From assembly GCF_009914755.1 (NCBI RefSeq), contig NC_060948.1: a DNA stretch of 64,000 nucleotides, one strand, 5' to 3'. How positions within the stretch are numbered: position 1 is the stretch's first letter; every line of letters starts with the position of its first letter. Under the pieces are notes generated by a model, which ran no database searches, was not told where the DNA came from, and was given only the letters and a program-made list of their open reading frames with translations. Source of the stretch: the human T2T-CHM13v2.0 reference genome, Homo sapiens. The position numbers and the translations under genes are program-made. Positions 54,601 through 64,000 of this stretch are shown here, one piece after another.

Positions 54601-57592
54601 GTCTTTTTCTCCCACTTCTATTGGAGGGCTGCATGATTCCTGTAGGATGACAAGCAGGCCATCGTGTCTGGCTTTTAACTGGTAAACTACGATCTGTTTC
54701 ATTTCATTTGCACGTACTTTCTCATTGTGGAGGGTGTCTTTCATTGGGTTGTTGCTGGATGGGACTGCCTCTTGCCACAGATCTTTTGGCAGCCAGAGAT
54801 TTCAGGGAGCAAAAGGGAATTTGCATAGGCTTCTGTGCTCCAGGTTATGGGTCATGGTCTGTATGTGGACGCTGACGTTGTTTGAATTTTGCAGGAGGAT
54901 TTGGGTCCTCTGATGGGAATCTTGAAACATTGCTAGGACTCCAGCACAAATCGGCTCATTCTCTCAGGAGAGCCTTGATTTTTCATTCCTTTCATGTGTG
55001 GTTCACTGTGTCCCTTAACAGCAGTACTGAGTACTTTTTTCAGGCTGGCAATCACCACAGAGGGCATTTGAGACATTCTCTTAGCATCATCTGAATGCAT
55101 GATTGGCCTTTCGAGGTGTGAGAATGCTGCTCCACCTTGGACTTTCCTTTGTTGTTGTTCCTGGCTTTCCCAGAGAGCGGCAGTGAGGCCCAGGGTGAAG
55201 GGAGGAAGTGAGGTTAAGAACCCAGTCATCTTTCACTGACACCCACCTCTGATGTCTCAGGTTTGATTTTGTCAGCTAAAGACCCCTCAACAACACACCA
55301 GACTATATTCCAATCCCCATGGGACCCGATTCTTGCACACAGACTCTTTCAAAAATGGAGTCAGAAGAGTAGTTTTCAGTAACCACCTCAGAGTCTGGAA
55401 ATGCCTCAGCCTGAAGGCAGCCCTCAGGTGGAGACTTTTAGGATCCCACAGTAGCTTATAATAGGCAGCCTTTTTCCCGATACCAAACATTCTCTGCCTG
55501 TATCATTTTCCTCTGCTTAGGCAGTCTGACAGCTTTGAGAGTTGGCTTCGTGAATGCCCATGTGCTTGTCTCAGGGCACCAGGCCTGAGCTGTGGTCTCT
55601 GGCTAGAGTCACAGTGAATGCCACCTTTACCTAGTGACAACTCCCTGCAGCTTGGCAGAAACGGAGACCTTCGTGGAGATGCTTTGGCTGTGGATTTTCC
55701 CCTGTCTTCCCTGTGGGATCCAAGGAATAGTCCCATGATGCTTTGAGAGGGCAGATGTGAGCCAGCCTGAAGAAATGTCAAGAAGAGCGCTGGAAATAAA
55801 CCAAGAAATCCCTATGCATACAAAAAAAAAAAAATCTGCACAATGCCACAGGCTTGCCTAGAGATTGTAGGGTCAATCTTTTTGAAACTTGTCCCATTGT
55901 GATTTCTAGTTACAGCCCAACTATGTTCCCTAGGTTTGCTCTCTCCCAGTGGGGGCTTCCTGCAGAACCAGGCAGCATCAGAAGCTGCCAGGCTGTGTTT
56001 CCATGGGAGTGTTTTCTGCAAGTGTTAGATGTCTTTCTGTGTTTGTGGCTTGGTGTGTGTGTGTTTGCATGCATGCCTGTGTGTGTGTGTGCCTGTTAGT
56101 GGAGTCTGCTTAAAGAAGTATGGCTAATGAATTTCAGCACTTTTTTGGTGGGGGACTCAAAACCTTTTGGTGGCCTTTCTGTGTGTCTCTGCTTGGGGTC
56201 CAGAGCTCCGTGTTCTATGGATTATTAATCCACAGTGAATTGGAAGGTGGGCTGATACCTGCAGGCATCCAAGTCAGCTCACCCTGCAAGAAAATTGACT
56301 CTTCTAGAAAGAAGAGGGCACACCACACCAAAAAAGAGACATCTCCCAGTGTTTTATTTTCCTGTGGCCAACACACAGAGAGACACTAGCAGTCCTGTCT
56401 GCAGGTCCCCTTGAATATACCTTGAAATTCCCAGCCCAGCAGGCACTTCACATCATGAGGAAACACTCCTCCATCATTTTGGGATTTCCTTCTGGGACAT
56501 AGAGTGTGAGCAGCAATAAAGTCAGATAGGAGGGAAGATACAATCTGATGAGGAGTAAATGGGGTTCTGCAACTTCACCTGCAAAAAAAATTACATGACA
56601 CAGAAGGTGTTTCCAACACCATTCCCACATTCTTTTAATTGCACAAGCAGTCCATAAAATGACCCAGTGTTCAGATGGAGTCCTCCAATATTTCAGGAAA
56701 AGTTGGACTGCAAATTGGGGCTGTTTTGGCAAACTCCCAATTTGAGGGTTTTCATACCCAGAACCAAATGGGAGTGGAAAGGATTGATGTTGAATGGGAT
56801 GTGGCCACTTTTCTCTTCTTTTCCTGACTTCCATGTTCCTTGTCAGCCTACAGTTTCCTGAGTCTGGCTTAATCACTTGCACACTAAAGGTTTCCCCCTG
56901 CATGGAGAATAACCCTCTTAGGAATCCATTGCATGAGTGTTTCCTTCTAAACACAGTTATGTTTTAATGACTCGGCAGGTTTGATATTTTTAAAATTGTA
57001 AATTGCCATTACTGCCGCCAACAAGGAAACTCACCGTACTATATTCCAATCCCCTTGGGACCAGATTCTTGCATACAGTTTCTTTTGGAAATGAAGTCAG
57101 AAGAGCAGTTTCCAGCCACCACTTCACAGTCCTGGAATGCTTCATACTCCAGTGGGACCCGACCATGTAGATCACAAGACGTGGTCCTAAGTTGAAGACA
57201 TTTAGAGTACCGCAGTGTGTTATCTCAGGCAGCCTTTTTCTAAATACAAAGCTGGCTCTACTTGTACCATTTTCCTCTGCCTAGGCTAACAGGTCTGAGA
57301 GCTGTGTGCATGAGCCATCCTCGCAAATGCATATTCGCTAGTGTCAGGGGCACAAGGCCTTAGCTTTGAGCTCTGGCTAGCATCACCATGAATGTCATAG
57401 TTGCCTAAGTCTCTGCATCTTGGCAGCTGAGAAGGAGACTTCTGTGGAGGTGTGGATCCTCGAGATAGTCCCATGATCCTAGAAGAGGGCAGATGTGAAC
57501 AAGCCTGAAGAAACATCAAGCAGAGCTTCAGCAATAAACCATGAAATCCATAAGGATCTAAAAGGATCTGCAGGATGACTCAGGCATGCCTA

Positions 57593-60788
<3,196 letters not shown>

Positions 60789-63700
60789 GAAACTTACCCC
60801 ACTGTGATTTCTAGGTACAGCCCACCTGTGTTCCCCAAAGTTCCTCTCTTTCAGTTAGGGCTTCCTGCAGAAGCACGCAAACTCAGAAGCTGCCGTGCTG
60901 TGTGTTTCTGTGGAAATGTTGAAAGTGTTGGATGTCTGCATATCTGCGTGGCTTTGTGTGTTTGTGTGTGTGTGTGTGTGTGTTTATGTGTTTGTGTGTG
61001 GCTGTAAGTGGAGTCTGCTTAATGGAATGTGGATAACGCACGGCAACACTTCCTCTTTTTGAATCTCCAAACCTTTTGGTGGCCTGTTGGTGTAGCTCTG
61101 CTTGGGTTGCAGGGCTCCATCTCCGTTATTTTTCCGTGGAGTATGAATTCTCAGTGAATTAGGAGACAGCGCATCACACTCCAAAGCAAATATCTCTGTG
61201 TTTCATTGTCCTGCGGCAGACCCAGGGAGAGAAACTAGCAGAACTATCTGAAGGGCCCTTTGAATTTACTTTGAATTTGGTTCCCAGACAAGCAGAGGCT
61301 TCATGTCGTCATGTGGCACTCCTCCATCAACTTGTGATTTCATTCTAGGACAGAGAGTATGAGCAGAAAGAAGGTAAAATATGGGTGAGGATACAATCTG
61401 GTGAGGCGTAAATAGACTCCCGCACTTTCTCCCGCAAAAAAAACGTGAAGACTGATGACGCAGAAGCTGCTTCCTATTGCATCCCCACATTCCTTTAATT
61501 GCAGAAGCAGTTCACATTATGGCCCGGTGTTCAGGTGGGAGTAATACAATGTTCAGGGAACATTTGGAGTGCAAGTTGAGGGCATTCTAACAAACTCCCA
61601 ATTTGAGAGCTCTCATACCCTGAGCCAAATGAGAGTGGGATGTATTGATGGTAGGTGGGATGTGCCCTGCACACTTGTCTCTTCTTTTCCTGACTTCCAT
61701 GTTCCTCATGGCCTAGGATTTCCTGGGTCTGGCTTCACACTTTCCACACTAAGCAATTCACAGTTCATGGAGGACGACCTTCATGGGAATCCAATGCATG
61801 AGTGTTTTCTTCTAAACACTGTCACGTTTTAAAGGCTGGGCAGATGTGATGATTTTAACACTGTAAATTTTCATTACAGCCACCAACAAAGAAATTCTTA
61901 TTCTCTCACTTTTACTGGAGGGATGCATGATTCCTGTAGCATAAAAAGCAGGCAACTATGTTGGGCTTTTGCCTGGAAATCTAGCCTCTGTTTCATTGCA
62001 TATGCAAGTCCTTTCTCTTTGTATACAAGGTCTTTCACTGGGCTGTTGCTGGATGGGACTGCCTCTCACCACAGATCTATTGGCTGCCAGGGATTTCAAG
62101 GATGAAAAGAACTTCAGGTAGGCTGACTCCCTCCGGGTTGTGGTTTTTGGTCTCATTGTGAGTACTGAGGTTGTTTGCACTTTTCAGGAGGCTTTTGGGT
62201 ACTCTGCCTGGAAACATTGAACATTGCTTGGACTCCAGCACAAAACAGGTCATTCTCTGAGGTGAGCTTTGATGTTTCTTTTCTTTCATAGAGAATCCAC
62301 AGTACCCTACAAATGCACTGCTGGTCAGTTTCAGGCTTGCTATCACCACAGAGGGCATCTGATACATTGTCTCAACCTCATCTGCACCCGTGAGAGACCA
62401 GACCGAAGTGAGAACACTGACCCATGTTGGACTTCTCTTTGTCATGGTTTTTGCCTTTTGCAGAGGGCCCCATCAAGGCCCAGGCTGAAGAGAGACAGTG
62501 AGGTAAATAGCCCAGCCATCTTTCATTGGCACCCATCTCTGGGGTCTCACGTATAATTCTCTCACCCAAAGAACCCTCAGCAACACACCAGACCAAATTC
62601 CAATTCCCATGAGACCCGATTCTTGCAAAAAGCATCCTTTGGGAATGGAGTAGGAAGAGCAGTTTCCAGCCACCACCTCACAGTCTCAAAATGCCTCCTC
62701 CTCCAGCCGGTCTCAACCATGCAGATGGCCTGAAGGGGCCCTGAGGTCGAGACTGTAGAGTCTGACCATGGCTTCTAGCAGGCAACATTTTCACAACACC
62801 AGACCGGTTTTACCTGTACCATTTTTTCTCTGCTTAGGCAGGCTGACAGCTCTGACAGCCATGCACTTGTACCTGCCCCGGGAATGCATATGCACTAGTC
62901 TCAGGGTACCAGTTCTCATTGTGAACTCTGGCTAGCATCACAATGAATGTCAGCATTGCCTAGAGACAAGTTCCTGCCTCTTGAGGGAGAAGGAGACCTC
63001 GCTGTAGGCATGTCAGCTGTGGACTCTTGCCTGTCTTCTCTGTGGGATACTTGGGACAGTCTCATGATCCTACAAGAGGGCAGACATGAGCCAGCTGAAA
63101 GAAACATCAAACAGAGCCCCAGGAATAAACGGCAAAACCCCTAAGGATCCAAAAGATCGCAAGATTCCTCAGGCCTGCCTAGATGATGTAAGGGTGAGTT
63201 TTCTTGAAACTTGTTTCACTATGATTTCTAGTTACAGCCCACATGTTCCCCCGGGTTGCTTTCACCCAAATGGGGATTCCAGCAAAACCATGCAGCCTCA
63301 GAAGCTACCAAGTGCTGTGTTTCTTCAGGAGTGTTGCAAGTGTTGGATGTCTGTGTGTGTTTGGTATTGTGTATTTGTGTATGAGTGTGTTTGTGTGTGT
63401 CTATGTGTGCCTGTAAGTTGAGTCTACTTAAAGGAATGTGGCAAACACACTCCAGAGCTTCATTTTTTTGGATCTCCCAACCTTTTGTTGGCCTGTCTCT
63501 GTGGCTCTGCTTCGGCTGCGAGGCTTTGTGTTATTTTTTTTCTGTGGATCATGAATCTGCAGTAAATTAGGATGTGGGCTGGGACCCGCCAATGTCCAAA
63601 TCACCTCCCCCTGCAAAAACAAACAAACAAAAAAACACACACACACAAAAAAACAACACACTTCTAGAAAGAAGAGAAGCACACCACACCAAAAAACAGA

Positions 63701-64000
63701 CATCTCCCAGTGTTTCAGTGTTCTGTGGCCAACCCAGAAAGAAACACTAGCAGTCCTGTATGCAGGACCCCTTGAATTTACATAGAATTTGGCTCCCAGC
63801 TGAGCATGTGCTTCATGTCATGATGGGGAACTCCTCTATCATCTTGGGATATCATCCTTGGACCTAGAATGTGAACAGGGAAAAGTTCAGATAGGGGTGA
63901 GGATAAAATCTGGTGAGGAGTGGATGGGGTTCTGCAACTTCATCTGCAAAAAAAAAAAATAATGAAGACAGGTAACAAAGATAGTTCTTCAAACTCCATC

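Overview
Human Y-chromosome DNA (Yp11.2), identified by the forensic STR DYS19 and both of its classic primer sites at about 11.0-11.2 kb; the repeat reads as allele 14. No intact protein-coding gene is visible. Bases 1-4.4 kb are the 5' part of a minus-strand HERV9/LTR12 provirus with decayed gag-pro-pol and the RT domain deleted. Bases 4.4-16 kb are ordinary Alu, MaLR, ERV1-LTR and microsatellite sequence. From about 16,077 to the window end lies a head-to-tail array of about 21 diverged ~2.45-kb units, matching the described NORF repeat that hosts the TTTY non-coding RNAs, interrupted by two L1PA insertions. Comparing units by eye gives five main observations. (i) Each unit carries a CpG-decayed germline-type promoter cassette (NRF1 palindrome, half-CRE, overlapping MYB/RFX X-box), and one copy near 35 kb retains its CpGs. 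(ii) Each unit has splice and poly(A) signals on both strands, including a (UG)n-GTAAGT exon end. (iii) The two L1s inserted at the same nucleotide of the unit in opposite orientations, one with a 3' transduction and one with a twin-priming inversion. (iv) The array has subfamily and dimer-like higher-order structure. (v) One unit carries a template-switch hairpin scar. All alignments were done by eye, boundaries are approximate, and functional claims are hypotheses.
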